Assembly: GCF_028368995.1 (NCBI RefSeq)
Contig: NZ_JAQNDL010000001.1
Coordinates: 1,312,001 to 1,376,000, forward strand
Direction: 5' to 3'
Length of the DNA stretch: 64,000 bases
Origin: Nannocystis bainbridge
GTDB taxonomy: Bacteria > Myxococcota_A > Polyangia > Nannocystales > Nannocystaceae
Part shown: one piece after another, positions 1 through 9,942 of the stretch
How positions within the stretch are numbered: position 1 is the first letter of the stretch
Layout of the letters: each line of letters begins with the position of its first letter
The notes under the pieces: model-generated
Databases searched by the model: none
What the model saw: the letters and a program-made list of their open reading frames with translations, nothing else
What the model was told of the DNA's origin: nothing
Translations under genes and position numbers: made by a program

Positions 1-242
1 CGAGCCGCGGGTGCCGCCGAAGCGCGTCGGCATCGAGAAGTGACGGCGAGGCGCGCGCGACTCCGAGCGAAAATCGCTCCGACTCGCACGTGCACGTACG
101 ATTGATGCCCTCGACCTCGGGCGATCGCGGACCGGCCCCGGCCATTCCGCGGTCGCCCTTGGCCTTTTCCATCGCGTTTCCTCGCGCGGAACGGCGGTTG
201 ACAGCGGCTCGGCCGCGTGTCAGTTTTTGACCACCGCCTCAA

Positions 243-262
243 CTCTTACGTGTACGTAAGAG
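243..262. promoter_or_regulatory. Perfect inverted repeat CTCTTACGT-GT-ACGTAAGAG, probable MerR-family operator of the isc operon promoter
   Basis: 9-bp arms with a 2-nt spacer, AT-rich in a GC-rich background. Lies between TCAACT (239-244) and TACTTT (264-269), which are 19 nt apart, the MerR promoter geometry. Resembles LiuR-type TTTACGT-N2-ACGTAAA sites. Confidence 0.65.
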
Positions 263-300
263 ATACTTTCCTCCGCACGACGGCACAGGTTGAGGGTCTC

Positions 301-1047
301 ATGAGCATCAGTGAAGCCAAGCCCACGCTCGCGGCGACCGCCGGGGTCACCCGCCCCGGCCGGATCAAGATCGGCGAGCTCGCGCGCAAGACCGGCAAGA
401 CCCCGCGGGCCCTGCACCTTTACGAGGAGATGGGCCTGCTCGTCCCGAGCGCGCGGACCGAGGGCGGTTTCCGCCTCTACGGGCCCGACGAGGTCGCCCG
501 GGTCTACTGGATCACCAAGCTCCAGGACATCGGCTTCAGCTTGCCGCAGATCCAGAGCCTCCTGGGCACGGTGGCCGCCTCGCAGACCGCCCCCGAGGCG
601 ATGAACAGCGTGCGCGAGCTGTTCCGCGGCAAGCTCGACGACACGCGGGCTCAGGTCACCCGGCTCTTGCAGCTCGAGCGCGACCTGTCCGAGAGTCTCG
701 CCTACCTCGAGGGTTGTCGCCTCTGCCAGGAGCCTGCCAAGCCGGACGCCTGCACCAACTGCATCAGCGAGCGCCGCAGCGACGAGCCGACCCCGTCGCT
801 GGTGGTCGGCATCCACCGCAAGCCGGGCGTCGAGCCCGGCGCGCGGGCCTGCGCGATCGAGTCGGCCGCCGGCGGCCGCCTCGCCGACCTGTCCCCCAGG
901 ACATCCGACCTGTCCCTGCGGACATCCGCGCCCGACCTGTCCCCGAGGACATCCGGGCCCGAGCTGGCCGCTCGCCCCGCCGAATTCGCCGCCCGCCCCG
1001 ACGGGCGCGCCGCCGCCGCCAACGAGCCCGAGGGCACCTTCCCATGA
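301..1047 (+). CDS. MerR-family transcriptional regulator with a C-terminal CxxC-x8-CxxC cluster
   Basis: [25 protein letters not shown]...RTEGGFRLY MerR HTH, coiled coil, then [20 protein letters not shown] at 301 follows GAGGG. Stop overlaps the iscS start. Confidence 0.9.
   Translation: MSISEAKPTLAATAGVTRPGRIKIGELARKTGKTPRALHLYEEMGLLVPSARTEGGFRLYGPDEVARVYWITKLQDIGFSLPQIQSLLGTVAASQTAPEAMNSVRELFRGKLDDTRAQVTRLLQLERDLSESLAYLEGCRLCQEPAKPDACTNCISERRSDEPTPSLVVGIHRKPGVEPGARACAIESAAGGRLADLSPRTSDLSLRTSAPDLSPRTSGPELAARPAEFAARPDGRAAAANEPEGTFP
886..954. repeat. Three copies of GACCTGTCC-N4-GGACATCC (14-bp box) encoding DLSPRTS-like repeats in the MerR tail
   Basis: Copies at 886-906, 907-927 and 934-954. 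Confidence 0.85.
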
Positions 1048-2270
1048 CCGACATCAAGCGCCCGATCTACCTCGACTACGCCGCCACGTGCCCCGTGGAC
1101 CCACGTGTCCTCGAGGCCATGTTGCCGTATTTCAGCGACCGCTACGGCAACGCCGCCAGCCGCACCCACGTGTTCGGCTGGCAGGCGGAGGAGGCCGTCG
1201 AGGCCGCGCGCCGCGAGATCGCCACCTCGCTCAACGCCGACCCGAAGGAGATCACCTTCACGAGCGGCGCCACCGAGTCCAACAACCTGGCGATCAAGGG
1301 CGTCGTCGAGTACCTGGCCGAGACCGGCAAGAAGCACATCGTCACCGCCGTCACCGAGCACAAGGCGGTCCTCGACACCTGCAAGCACCTCGAGCGTCAC
1401 GGCTGCGAGGTCACTTACTTGCAGGTCGCGATCGACGGCCGGATCACCCCGGAGCAGGTCGCGGCGGCCCTGCGGCCCGACACCGCGATCGTCTCGCTGA
1501 TGTTCGCCAACAACGAGACCGGCGTGATCCAGCCGATCACCGAGATCGGCGCCGCCTGCCGCGCGGCGGGGGTGCTGTTCCACACCGACGCCGTGCAGGC
1601 GTTCGGCAAGATCCCGGTCGACGTCGAGGCCATGAACATCGACCTCGCCAGCCTCAGCGCCCACAAGCTCTACGGGCCCAAGGGCGTCGGCGCCCTGTAC
1701 ATCCGTCGCCGCAAGCCGCGCGTCCGGATCGCCCCGCAGATCCACGGCGGCGGCCACGAGCGCGGCACCCGCTCGGGCACCCTCAACGTCCCGGGCATCG
1801 TCGGCTTCGGCTACGCGGCCAAGCTGGCGCGCGAGGAGCTGGCCAGCGAGTCGGCCCGCCTGTTCGAGCTGCGCGAGCACCTGCGCCGGCGCCTGGTCAC
1901 GGAGATCCCGCACGCGATCGTCAACGGTTCGCTCGAGCATCGCCTGCCCGGAACCCTCAACATCAGCTTCGCCTACGTCGAGGGCGAGAGCCTGCTCATG
2001 GGACTCAAGGACATCGCAGTCTCCTCGGGCTCGGCCTGCACCTCGGCCAGCCTGGAGCCGAGCTACGTCCTGAAAGCCATGGGCCTCGACGACGAGATGG
2101 CGCACTCGAGCCTGCGCATCACGATGGGCCGGTTCACCACCCGTGAGGAACTCGACTTCGTCGCCGACCTCATCGGGCGCGAGGTCGCCCGCCTGCGCGA
2201 CATGTCCCCGCTGTGGGAGATGGTCCAGGAGGGCGTCGACCTCCGCACCATCGAGTGGACCCCGCACTGA
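1044..2270 (+). CDS. iscS: Cysteine desulfurase IscS
   Basis: [18 protein letters not shown] (PLP lysine), SSGSACTS (catalytic Cys), C-terminal SPLWEM; isc context. Confidence 0.97.
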   Translation: MTDIKRPIYLDYAATCPVDPRVLEAMLPYFSDRYGNAASRTHVFGWQAEEAVEAARREIATSLNADPKEITFTSGATESNNLAIKGVVEYLAETGKKHIVTAVTEHKAVLDTCKHLERHGCEVTYLQVAIDGRITPEQVAAALRPDTAIVSLMFANNETGVIQPITEIGAACRAAGVLFHTDAVQAFGKIPVDVEAMNIDLASLSAHKLYGPKGVGALYIRRRKPRVRIAPQIHGGGHERGTRSGTLNVPGIVGFGYAAKLAREELASESARLFELREHLRRRLVTEIPHAIVNGSLEHRLPGTLNISFAYVEGESLLMGLKDIAVSSGSACTSASLEPSYVLKAMGLDDEMAHSSLRITMGRFTTREELDFVADLIGREVARLRDMSPLWEMVQEGVDLRTIEWTPH

Positions 2271-2337
2271 TTGACTTCCGGGGCCGCCGGCCCCAATCAC
2301 TACCCGGCACGAGAGCCCCGGGCCCGAGACAACCGCC

Positions 2338-2748
2338 ATGGCATACAGCAACAAAGTCATCGAGCACTACGAGCACCCGCGCAACGTCGGCAGCCTCGAC
2401 AAGGGCGACGCCACCGTCGGCACCGGCATCGTCGGCGCCCCCGCCTGCGGCGACGTGATGAAGCTGCAGATCAAGGTCGAGAACGGCGTCATCACCGACG
2501 CCAAGTTCAAGACCTACGGCTGCGGCTCCGCCATCGCCAGCTCGAGCCTGGTCACCGAGTGGGTCAAGGGCATGAGCGTCGACCAGGCCATGCAGATCAA
2601 GAACAGCCAGATCGCCGAGGAGCTGTCGCTCCCGCCGGTCAAGATCCACTGCTCGGTCCTCGCCGAGGACGCGATCAAGGCCGCCATCCGCGACTTCCAG
2701 CAGAAGCAGGGCGGCGCGCCCGCCGGCGAAGACGAGCCCCAGCACTGA
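2338..2748 (+). CDS. iscU: Fe-S scaffold IscU
   Basis: [43 protein letters not shown]. Confidence 0.97.
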   Translation: MAYSNKVIEHYEHPRNVGSLDKGDATVGTGIVGAPACGDVMKLQIKVENGVITDAKFKTYGCGSAIASSSLVTEWVKGMSVDQAMQIKNSQIAEELSLPPVKIHCSVLAEDAIKAAIRDFQQKQGGAPAGEDEPQH

Positions 2749-2753
2749 CCGCC

Positions 2754-3086
2754 ATGCCGAGCCTCACCGTCACCTCGCGCGCCGCCAAGATCATGCGCGA
2801 CCAGCTGGCCCGCCGCGGCACCCCGCAGGCGGCGATCCGCCTCGGTATCCGCGGCGGCGGCTGCACCGGCTACTCGTACCTGTTCGAGTTCGAGGACAAG
2901 CCGCCGCGGGCCAACGACCTGGTCGTCGAGCAGGACGGCGTGCGCGTCGTCGTCGACCCCAAGAGCCTGTTCTACCTCGACGGCACCGAGGTCGACTTCG
3001 AGACCGGCATGCGCGGCCACGGGTTCAAGTTCAAGAACCCGAACACCAAGGACGCGTGCGGCTGCGGCGAGTCGATCTCGTTCTGA
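2754..3086 (+). CDS. iscA: Fe-S assembly A-type carrier IscA
   Basis: GGGCTGYSY and CGCGESISF motifs; ATG at 2754. Confidence 0.93.
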   Translation: MPSLTVTSRAAKIMRDQLARRGTPQAAIRLGIRGGGCTGYSYLFEFEDKPPRANDLVVEQDGVRVVVDPKSLFYLDGTEVDFETGMRGHGFKFKNPNTKDACGCGESISF

Positions 3087-3122
3087 CCGCGGCTGCCCTG
3101 CCCCCGCCTCTCCTGAGCGACC

Positions 3123-3164
3123 TGTCCCTTCGGACCTGCCCGATCGAGCCTGTCCCTTCGGACC
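3123..3164. repeat. Array of three 14-bp boxes in the iscA-hscB spacer
   Basis: TGTCCCTTCGGACC|TGCCCGATCGAGCC|TGTCCCTTCGGACC. Confidence 0.8.
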
Positions 3165-3188
3165 TGTCCTTACGATCTCCCCCCGGCC

Positions 3189-3701
3189 ATGTCCGTCGAC
3201 ACCGACCCATTCGCCCTGTTCGACCTGCCGCGCCGGCACGCCGCCGCGCGCGAGGCGATCGAGCAGCGTTACCTCGAGCTGTCGCGGGCAGCCCACCCCG
3301 ACAACGTCGTCGGCGAGGGCACCGCGGCCCGCCGCGCCGCGGTCGAGCGCGCCAGCGCCATCAACGCCGCCTACCGGACCTTGCGCGACCCGGCCCTGCG
3401 CGCCGAGGCGCTGGTCAAGCTCGGCGGCATCGACCTCGACAGCACCGACGCCGAGCGCGGCGCGCCGCACCCGACCCAGGCGTTCCTGCTCGAGATGATC
3501 GACCTGCGCGAGCGCCTCGAAGACGGCGGCCCGGCCGGCGTCGCCGCCGTGCGCGACGACGTCGAGGCCCGCAGCGACGCCGCCCTCGACGCCGCGGTCG
3601 CGGCCCTCGACGCCGGCGAGGTCCGCCGCGCCGCCGAGCAGCTGGTCGCGCGCCGCTACTTCCAGCGCTTCCTCGACGAGACCGACAGCAGCGCCCCATG
3701 A
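3189..3701 (+). CDS. hscB: Fe-S co-chaperone HscB
   Basis: J-domain with [24 protein letters not shown]; directly upstream of hscA. Confidence 0.92.
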   Translation: MSVDTDPFALFDLPRRHAAAREAIEQRYLELSRAAHPDNVVGEGTAARRAAVERASAINAAYRTLRDPALRAEALVKLGGIDLDSTDAERGAPHPTQAFLLEMIDLRERLEDGGPAGVAAVRDDVEARSDAALDAAVAALDAGEVRRAAEQLVARRYFQRFLDETDSSAP

Positions 3702-5731
3702 CCAGCGTCTCCATCCACGACACCGGCGCGCTGTTCCAGATCGCCGAGCCGACCGACTCGCGCCGCGCCCCACGCCGTCCTGGCCGCGGGATCGGCATCG
3801 ACCTCGGCACTACCAACAGCCTGGTCGCGCTCGCCCCCCACGGCGCCGCCCCGCGGGTCCTCCGCGACAGCGCGGGCAGCGGCCTGGTCCCCTCGGTGGT
3901 CGCCTACACCGCCGATCCCCCGCTGGTCGGCCGCGCCGCCCAGGCGCTGCAGGCGGAGCACCCGAGCCAGGTGCTGAGCAGCGTCAAGCGGCTGATGGGC
4001 CGCGGCCTCGCCGACATCAACTTCGCCCACCCGTATCACCTGTCCGAAGAGACACCCGGTCTCCTGCGCATTTGTGTAGGCTCGCCTCCCGGCTCGCAGG
4101 TCGGCTCGCTTCCCGGCTCGCAGGACGCACCTGGCCTTTCGGCCAGCTCGCGCCGCGTCACCCCGACGGAGGTGTCGGCGGCGATCTTGCGCGAGCTCAA
4201 GCTGCGCGCCGAGGCCGAGCTGGGCGAGCCGTGCGACGGCGCCGTGATCACGGTGCCGGCCTACTTCGACGACGCCCAGCGCCAGGCCACCCGCGACGCC
4301 GGGCGCATCGCCGGCCTGCAGGTCTACCGCCTGCTCGCCGAACCGACCGCGGCCGCGCTCGCCTACGGCCTCGACCGCGGCGGCGAGGGCCTGTTCGCCG
4401 TCTACGACCTCGGCGGCGGCACCTTCGACGTCTCGATCCTGCGCCTTCACAAGGGCGTGTTCCAGGTCCTGGCGACCGGGGGCGACAGCGCCCTCGGCGG
4501 CGACGACTTCGACCGCGCGCTCGCGGCTCACCTGCTCCAAAAGGCAGGTTCTTCCGAGCCCTCGCCCAACCAGCTCGACGCCGCCCGCCTGGCTGCCCGC
4601 GCGGCCAAGGAGCGCCTGACCGAAGAGACAGCCACGCGCGTCGCCCTGCCCGGCCTGCCCGAGCTCGAGGTCACGCGCGCCGAGTTCGACGCGCTGATCG
4701 AGCCGTTGGCCCAGCGGACCCTCCGCGCCTGCCGCCAGGCGCTCAAGGACGCCGGCCTGCGGGCCCCCGAGCTCGACGGCGTGGTCCTCGTCGGCGGCTC
4801 GACGCGGGTGCCGAAGGTCCGCGAGCTGGTGGCCGAAACCTTCAAGCGCCCGCCGCTGGCCGACATCGACCCCGACGAGGTCGTCGCCTGGGGCGCGGCG
4901 ATCCAGGCCGACATCCTCAGCGGCTCGGCGCGCGAGGGCGTCACCCTGCTCGACGTCGTCCCGCTCTCGCTCGGCCTCGAGACGATGGGCGGCATCGTCG
5001 AGAAGATCATCCCGCGCAACGCGACCATCCCGATCGCCGCGCGCCAGGTGTTCACCAACTACGCCGAGCACCAGACCGGCATGGTCATCCACGCGGTCCA
5101 GGGCGAGCGCGAGCTGGCCCGCGACTGCCGCAGCCTGGCCCGCTTCGACCTCAAGGGCATCCCGCGGCTGCCGCCGTCGATGGCCCGCGTCGAGGTCACC
5201 TTCCAGCTCGACGCCGACGCCCTGCTCACCGTCTCGGCGCGCGAGCTGATGACCGGCGTGCGCCAGTCGGTCGAGGTCAAGCCGACCTACGGCCTGTCCG
5301 AGGAGGAGGTCGACCGCCTCGTCATGGACAGCCTCGACCACGCCGGCGACGACTACGCCCGCCGCAACGCCGCCGAGGCGCGCGTCGAGCTCGGCCGCGT
5401 CGTCCTGGCCCTGCGCACCGCCGTCACCGAGGTCGGCCACCTGCGCGACCTGCTGCCCGACGACGAGCGCGTCCGCCTCGAGGCCGCGCTGGCCGCCGCC
5501 GACGCCGCCATGGCCGACCCCGACGCCGTCGCCGAGCCGCTGAACCGCGCCCGCACTGCGCTCGAGAAGATCAGCGAGCCGTTCGCCCGCCGCCGCATGG
5601 AGCGGGCCCTCAACGCCGGCATGGCCGGCAAGAGCCTCCACGACATCGAGCGCGCGCTGGCCGACGAAGAGGCGCTGCAAGAGAAGCGCGCCGGCCACTC
5701 CCCCGAGCTGCTCGAACCCGAAGAGCCCTGA
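3698..5731 (+). CDS. hscA: Fe-S chaperone HscA (Hsp70)
   Basis: [46 protein letters not shown]; between hscB and fdx. Confidence 0.95.
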   Translation: MTSVSIHDTGALFQIAEPTDSRRAPRRPGRGIGIDLGTTNSLVALAPHGAAPRVLRDSAGSGLVPSVVAYTADPPLVGRAAQALQAEHPSQVLSSVKRLMGRGLADINFAHPYHLSEETPGLLRICVGSPPGSQVGSLPGSQDAPGLSASSRRVTPTEVSAAILRELKLRAEAELGEPCDGAVITVPAYFDDAQRQATRDAGRIAGLQVYRLLAEPTAAALAYGLDRGGEGLFAVYDLGGGTFDVSILRLHKGVFQVLATGGDSALGGDDFDRALAAHLLQKAGSSEPSPNQLDAARLAARAAKERLTEETATRVALPGLPELEVTRAEFDALIEPLAQRTLRACRQALKDAGLRAPELDGVVLVGGSTRVPKVRELVAETFKRPPLADIDPDEVVAWGAAIQADILSGSAREGVTLLDVVPLSLGLETMGGIVEKIIPRNATIPIAARQVFTNYAEHQTGMVIHAVQGERELARDCRSLARFDLKGIPRLPPSMARVEVTFQLDADALLTVSARELMTGVRQSVEVKPTYGLSEEEVDRLVMDSLDHAGDDYARRNAAEARVELGRVVLALRTAVTEVGHLRDLLPDDERVRLEAALAAADAAMADPDAVAEPLNRARTALEKISEPFARRRMERALNAGMAGKSLHDIERALADEEALQEKRAGHSPELLEPEEP

Positions 5732-5738
5732 GAATCGC

Positions 5739-6083
5739 ATGCCGACCGTCACCTTCATCGGCCCCCATGGCACCAAGGTCGTCGAGGCCGAGCCCGACGA
5801 GACCCTGCTCGATCTCGCCGAGCGCCACGACATCATGATGGGCTCCGCCTGCGGAGGCGTGTGCGCCTGCTCGTCGTGCCACTGCTACGTCCGCCAGGGC
5901 CTCCCGACCCTGCCCGAGATGTCCGACGCCGAGAGCGACCGCCTCGACATGGGCTTCGACGTCCGCCCCTACAGCCGCCTCGGCTGCCAGGTCAAGATCG
6001 GCAAGGCCGACCTCGTCGTCGAGCTCACGCAAGAGTCGATCCGCACCTGGTACGACGAGCACCCCCAGGCGCGCAAGCCCTGA
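5739..6083 (+). CDS. fdx: ISC-type [2Fe-2S] ferredoxin
   Basis: CGGVCACSSCHC and SRLGCQ motifs; last gene of the isc operon. Confidence 0.93.
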   Translation: MPTVTFIGPHGTKVVEAEPDETLLDLAERHDIMMGSACGGVCACSSCHCYVRQGLPTLPEMSDAESDRLDMGFDVRPYSRLGCQVKIGKADLVVELTQESIRTWYDEHPQARKP

Positions 6084-6089
6084 GCGTCC

Positions 6090-6159
6090 TGCTGTAAGGG
6101 ACATGCTCGTGAGGCCATGTCCTTCGGGACATGGCGAAAAGAGCATGCCCGCTAGCGCA
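6090..6159. repeat. Array of five 14-bp TG-N10-CA boxes just after the fdx stop
   Basis: TGCTGTAAGGGACA|TGCTCGTGAGGCCA|TGTCCTTCGGGACA|TGGCGAAAAGAGCA|TGCCCGCTAGCGCA. Confidence 0.9.
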
Positions 6160-6181
6160 CCTTCGGGTCGTGCGCCGCGAG

Positions 6182-6370
6182 TCATCGGCGCAACCGAGTA
6201 GCGACCCAGCTAGCAGTCGGCGCTGCCACGACCTGTCCGGGTCGCGGCTCATCGGCGCAACCGAGTAGCGCTTCAGCACGAAGCCGGCGCTGCCACGTCC
6301 TGCCCGTCGGTTCGCGGGACAACGGCGCAACCGACTGGCGGCCCGCTCGAGGTCGGCGCTGTCACGCCCG
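6182..6370. repeat. Degenerate tandem repeat, about 3 copies of a 67-70-bp unit
   Basis: TCATCGGCGCAACCGAGTAGCG...CGGCGCTGCCACG starting at 6182, 6249 and (diverged) 6319. Confidence 0.75.
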
Positions 6371-6741
6371 ATCCGGAACAGCTGATCCCGTCCAGCGAGC
6401 TCCGAATCATCGTTCGCTACGAACGCGACGTCGCATCGGAGCGTCGGCTCCTGTGTCGACTTGCCCGAGCCGCTCTCGTGAGCGGCCGACGATCTCGGCG
6501 AGCCCGCCGCCACATCCTCTTGAACAGCGTCTCGCGTGCGCTGCGGGCGGCGTGCCGCCATCTGTGCGTCACATTTGGGGCGCTAATCGGGCCCCGTTGT
6601 TTGGGGACAAGAGCGGTGTTGCCGCCCGCAGCGTCCGCGAGGTCTGGCGAGCATGGGCCACGTGCGTGATCTGTTGAGGAACACGCGGCCTCACCTTCGC
6701 GTCGCCGCGCGCGCCTGCGGTGTGGGGGCTATAGTCGCCGC

Positions 6742-8001
6742 GTGCACCGTCGCGCCTTTGTCACCGGCACGCTCGCTGCCCTGTCTCTTGGGTCATGTCG
6801 CCGCGCTCCCGGCTCGCCCGCCGGCGTTCCCGTCGTCGACTCGCGCTTCGCCGCGCTCGCCGGCTTCTGCGACGGCCTCGCTCCGATAGGCGACGACGAG
6901 CGGGCGCGCCGGCGCGAGCGGGCCCAGGCGCTGATGCAAGAACATGGCCTTTCGGCCATGCTCTTCGAGCCAGGTGACTCCCTCACCTACTTCGCCGGCA
7001 TCCGCTGGGGGCGGAGCGAGCGGCCCATGCTCTATCTATTGCCGGCGCGCGGAGCTGCGGCCCTCGTCGCCCCCGCCTTCGAGTCGCGCACCCTCGCGGA
7101 GCGGGCCGGCGACGGCCTCGCCCAGCACCTGTGGCACGAGCACGAATCACCGTTCAGCAAGCTCGCCGAGGCGCTGCGGGCCGCCGGGGTCGAGCGCGGC
7201 AAGCTCGGCGTCGACCCTTGGATCCGTCAGTTCATCGTCGACGGGGCGCGCGCGGCCTGCGAGGTCGAGATCGCTCCGGCCACCGACGTGCTCCGCGGCT
7301 GTCGCATGATCAAGAGCGCGAGCGAACTCGCGCTCCTGCGGCGCGCCAACGAGGCGAGCAAGGCCGCGCTCAAGGCCGTTTCCGCGCATGTCTCCGAGGG
7401 CATGTCCGAAGGACAACTCGCCGAGCTCGTGCATGCCGCCCAGACCGCAGCTGGCCTCGCGGACACGTGGGTGCTCGCGCTGTTCGGCGCCAACGCCTCC
7501 TTCCCACACGGCACCCAGGGCGAGAAGCGGCTCGTTCGCGGCGAGCTCGTGCTCGTCGACGCCGGCGGCTCGCTCCACGGCTACCAATCGGACGTCACGC
7601 GAACATGGCCTTTCGGACCTGTCTCTTCGGCGCAGGCACGCGCGTGGCAGGCGGTGCATCGGGCCCAGACGGCGGCGCTGGCCGAGCTGCGTCCGGGTCG
7701 TCCGTGCGACGCCGCCGACGCCGCGGCGCGCGCGGCGATCGCTGCGGCCGGTTACGCCGCCGACTACGGCAACTTCACGCATCGACTCGGCCACGGCATC
7801 GGCCTTCAGACCCACGAGGACCCCTACCTCGTGCGCGGCAATCGCTACCTGCTGCGACCGGGCATGACCATGTCCGACGAGCCAGGTGTCTACTTGGTTG
7901 GTGAACTCGGAGTCCGCCTCGAGGACATCGTCGCCATCACCGACGGGGAGCCCGAGGTATTCGGCCCGCGGGCCGGTTCGATCGAAGCGCCGTTCGGGTG
8001 A
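6742..8001 (+). CDS. Xaa-Pro peptidase family (M24), Tat/lipoprotein signal
   Basis: HRRAF twin-Arg, LSLGSC lipobox, FPHG, DVTRT, HRLGHGIGLQTHEDP, EPGVY, GVRLED. Confidence 0.92.
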   Translation: MHRRAFVTGTLAALSLGSCRRAPGSPAGVPVVDSRFAALAGFCDGLAPIGDDERARRRERAQALMQEHGLSAMLFEPGDSLTYFAGIRWGRSERPMLYLLPARGAAALVAPAFESRTLAERAGDGLAQHLWHEHESPFSKLAEALRAAGVERGKLGVDPWIRQFIVDGARAACEVEIAPATDVLRGCRMIKSASELALLRRANEASKAALKAVSAHVSEGMSEGQLAELVHAAQTAAGLADTWVLALFGANASFPHGTQGEKRLVRGELVLVDAGGSLHGYQSDVTRTWPFGPVSSAQARAWQAVHRAQTAALAELRPGRPCDAADAAARAAIAAAGYAADYGNFTHRLGHGIGLQTHEDPYLVRGNRYLLRPGMTMSDEPGVYLVGELGVRLEDIVAITDGEPEVFGPRAGSIEAPFG

Positions 8002-8086
8002 CGAGCCTCCGCTCCGCGTGCGCGTCCTTGATCTCCCATGGCCGCAGGTCGGGGTGGTATAGGCCCTGACACACCGGAGAAGGAAA

Positions 8087-8287
8087 TTGCCGCAGCTCAT
8101 CCTTGAAGACCTGAACCTCGAGACCGCGGAGCGGCGTCTGTGCTCCGAGGCGCTCAACACCGCCGGTAACATCGTCGGCGCTGCGGACCTGCTGGGCATC
8201 ACCCGTCACGCGTTGAAGCGACGGATCATCAAGCTCGGCATCGAGTGGCCGCCCGCGCGCGGCAGCCGTCCCGAGCCCACGACCTAG
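8087..8287 (+). CDS. Stand-alone Fis-type HTH protein (66 aa)
   Basis: LETAERRLCSEALNTAGNIVGAADLLGITRHALKRRI matches the HTH_8 pattern; TTG start after GGAGAAGG. Confidence 0.8.
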   Translation: MPQLILEDLNLETAERRLCSEALNTAGNIVGAADLLGITRHALKRRIIKLGIEWPPARGSRPEPTT

Positions 8288-8403
8288 GAATTACGGCGGA
8301 GCGGCGGCGCGGGTGACATGGCTCTTGGGCCAGGTGAGCACCGACGCTGACGCTCCGCGATCGACGAGCGCGCGGACGGGGGCGCCCGCGCGCGCGGACC
8401 GTG

Positions 8404-9195
8404 TCAGCGCCCGGTGAAGTTCGGCGTCCGCTTCTCCACGTACGCCACCAACCCCTCGGTCGCGTCGCTGCTCTGGAACAGCCGCTGCTGCAGCTCGCGC
8501 TCGAGCGCCAGCCCGTCGAGCAGGCTGAGCTCGCCGCCCGTCTGACACGCGCGCTTGAGCAGGCCGACCGCCATCGACGCCTTGGCCGGCGGCACGAACC
8601 GCTTGGCGTACTCGCGGACCTGGCCGACGAAGTCCGCCGCGCTCGGGGCGTCGAACACCTTGTTGACGATGCCGAGCTTGAGCGCCTCGTCGAAGTCCAT
8701 CGTCCGGCCCTCGGCCATCATCTCGATCGCCGCCGACTTGCCGATCAGCCGCGTCAGTCGCTGCGTGCCGCCGGTGCCGGGCAGCACCCCGAGCGCCACC
8801 TCGGGCAGCCCGCACTGACCGGCGCCGCGGCGGGCGATCCGGAGGTCGGCGGCCAGCGCGATCTCGAGGCCGCCGCCGACGCAGTGGCCGTTGAGCGCCG
8901 CGATGACCAGCTTCGGCGTCTGCTCGAGCCGCCCGATCGTCTCGTTGGCGTGCAGGCAGAAGTTGTACTTGAACGTCGGGTCGGCGCCCTTGAGCATGCG
9001 GATGTCGGCGCCCGCGCAGAAGAACTTCTCGCCCGCGCCGACGATCACGATCACGTGCGCCTCCGCGTCGAAGCGGGCGCGCAGGATCGCCGCGTCGAGG
9101 TCCTGCATCATCGCGTACGAGTAGCAGTTGGCGGGCGGGACGTTGATCGTGAGCTGGGCGACGCCGCCCTCGGCGTGGTATTCGACGTGAGGCAT
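8404..9195 (-). CDS. Enoyl-CoA hydratase/isomerase family
   Basis: FCAGADI, NGHCVGGGLEIALAAD, LPEVALGVLPGTGGTQRL. Confidence 0.93.
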   Translation of the reverse strand: MPHVEYHAEGGVAQLTINVPPANCYSYAMMQDLDAAILRARFDAEAHVIVIVGAGEKFFCAGADIRMLKGADPTFKYNFCLHANETIGRLEQTPKLVIAALNGHCVGGGLEIALAADLRIARRGAGQCGLPEVALGVLPGTGGTQRLTRLIGKSAAIEMMAEGRTMDFDEALKLGIVNKVFDAPSAADFVGQVREYAKRFVPPAKASMAVGLLKRACQTGGELSLLDGLALERELQQRLFQSSDATEGLVAYVEKRTPNFTGR

Positions 9196-9217
9196 GCCCG
9201 GGCTTATACCCGATCCT

Positions 9218-9655
9218 GTGCACGTTCACCGCGTCCGCGTCGGCTTCGGCGACTGCGATCCCGCAGGCATCGTCTACTTCCCGCGCTTCTTCCACTTCTT
9301 CCACGAGGCGATGGAGACGTGGTTCGGTGAGGTGCTGGGCCTGCCGTACGCCGAGATGATCCGCGGCCGCGGCCTCGGCTTCCCCGCCGTCCACACCGAG
9401 GCCGACTTCGCCATTCCATGCGCCTTTGGCGACGAGATCGCGGTCGAGCAACGCGTCATCGGCCTCGGCCGCACCTCGATCCGCTTCGCCTACCGCGTGC
9501 GCACCCACGGCGTCCCCGACTCGCCCGTCCGCCTCACCGGCACCACGGTTTCGGTCGTCATGGACCTCGACCCGAGCCGCCCGACCTTCCGCCGCCCCGT
9601 CGAGCTGCCGGCCGACCTGCGCGCCCGCATCGAGCCGCTGCTCGTCGCCTCGTGA
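9218..9655 (+). CDS. Acyl-CoA thioesterase (4HBT/YbgC hot-dog fold)
   Basis: VRVGFGDCDPAGIVYFPRFF motif; start uncertain (9194 or 9218). Confidence 0.88.
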   Translation: MHVHRVRVGFGDCDPAGIVYFPRFFHFFHEAMETWFGEVLGLPYAEMIRGRGLGFPAVHTEADFAIPCAFGDEIAVEQRVIGLGRTSIRFAYRVRTHGVPDSPVRLTGTTVSVVMDLDPSRPTFRRPVELPADLRARIEPLLVAS

Positions 9656-9942
9656 CGCTGTCGGGTCGCGTCGACGACACGGCCGACGCGTGACCGAGCA
9701 ACCGTCGCTCGGCTCGACGGGCGGGGCGTCGTTGGCACGGGAGCCGCCACGATGTCATCGGGGGAGCAGCCGCGCTCCGTAGCGACGGCTTGGTCGGCCT
9801 GGTCGTCGGTCAGCGTGGTCGGCGGTCGACGTCGATCTTTGCGTTTCGCCGCCCTCGCGGCCTCACCGCCGCGACGCTGCGGGCTCGTCGAACATCCTCC
9901 CGCTCGACAGGCCGCGCGCCGCTTGGCACAGTCCGCCGCACG

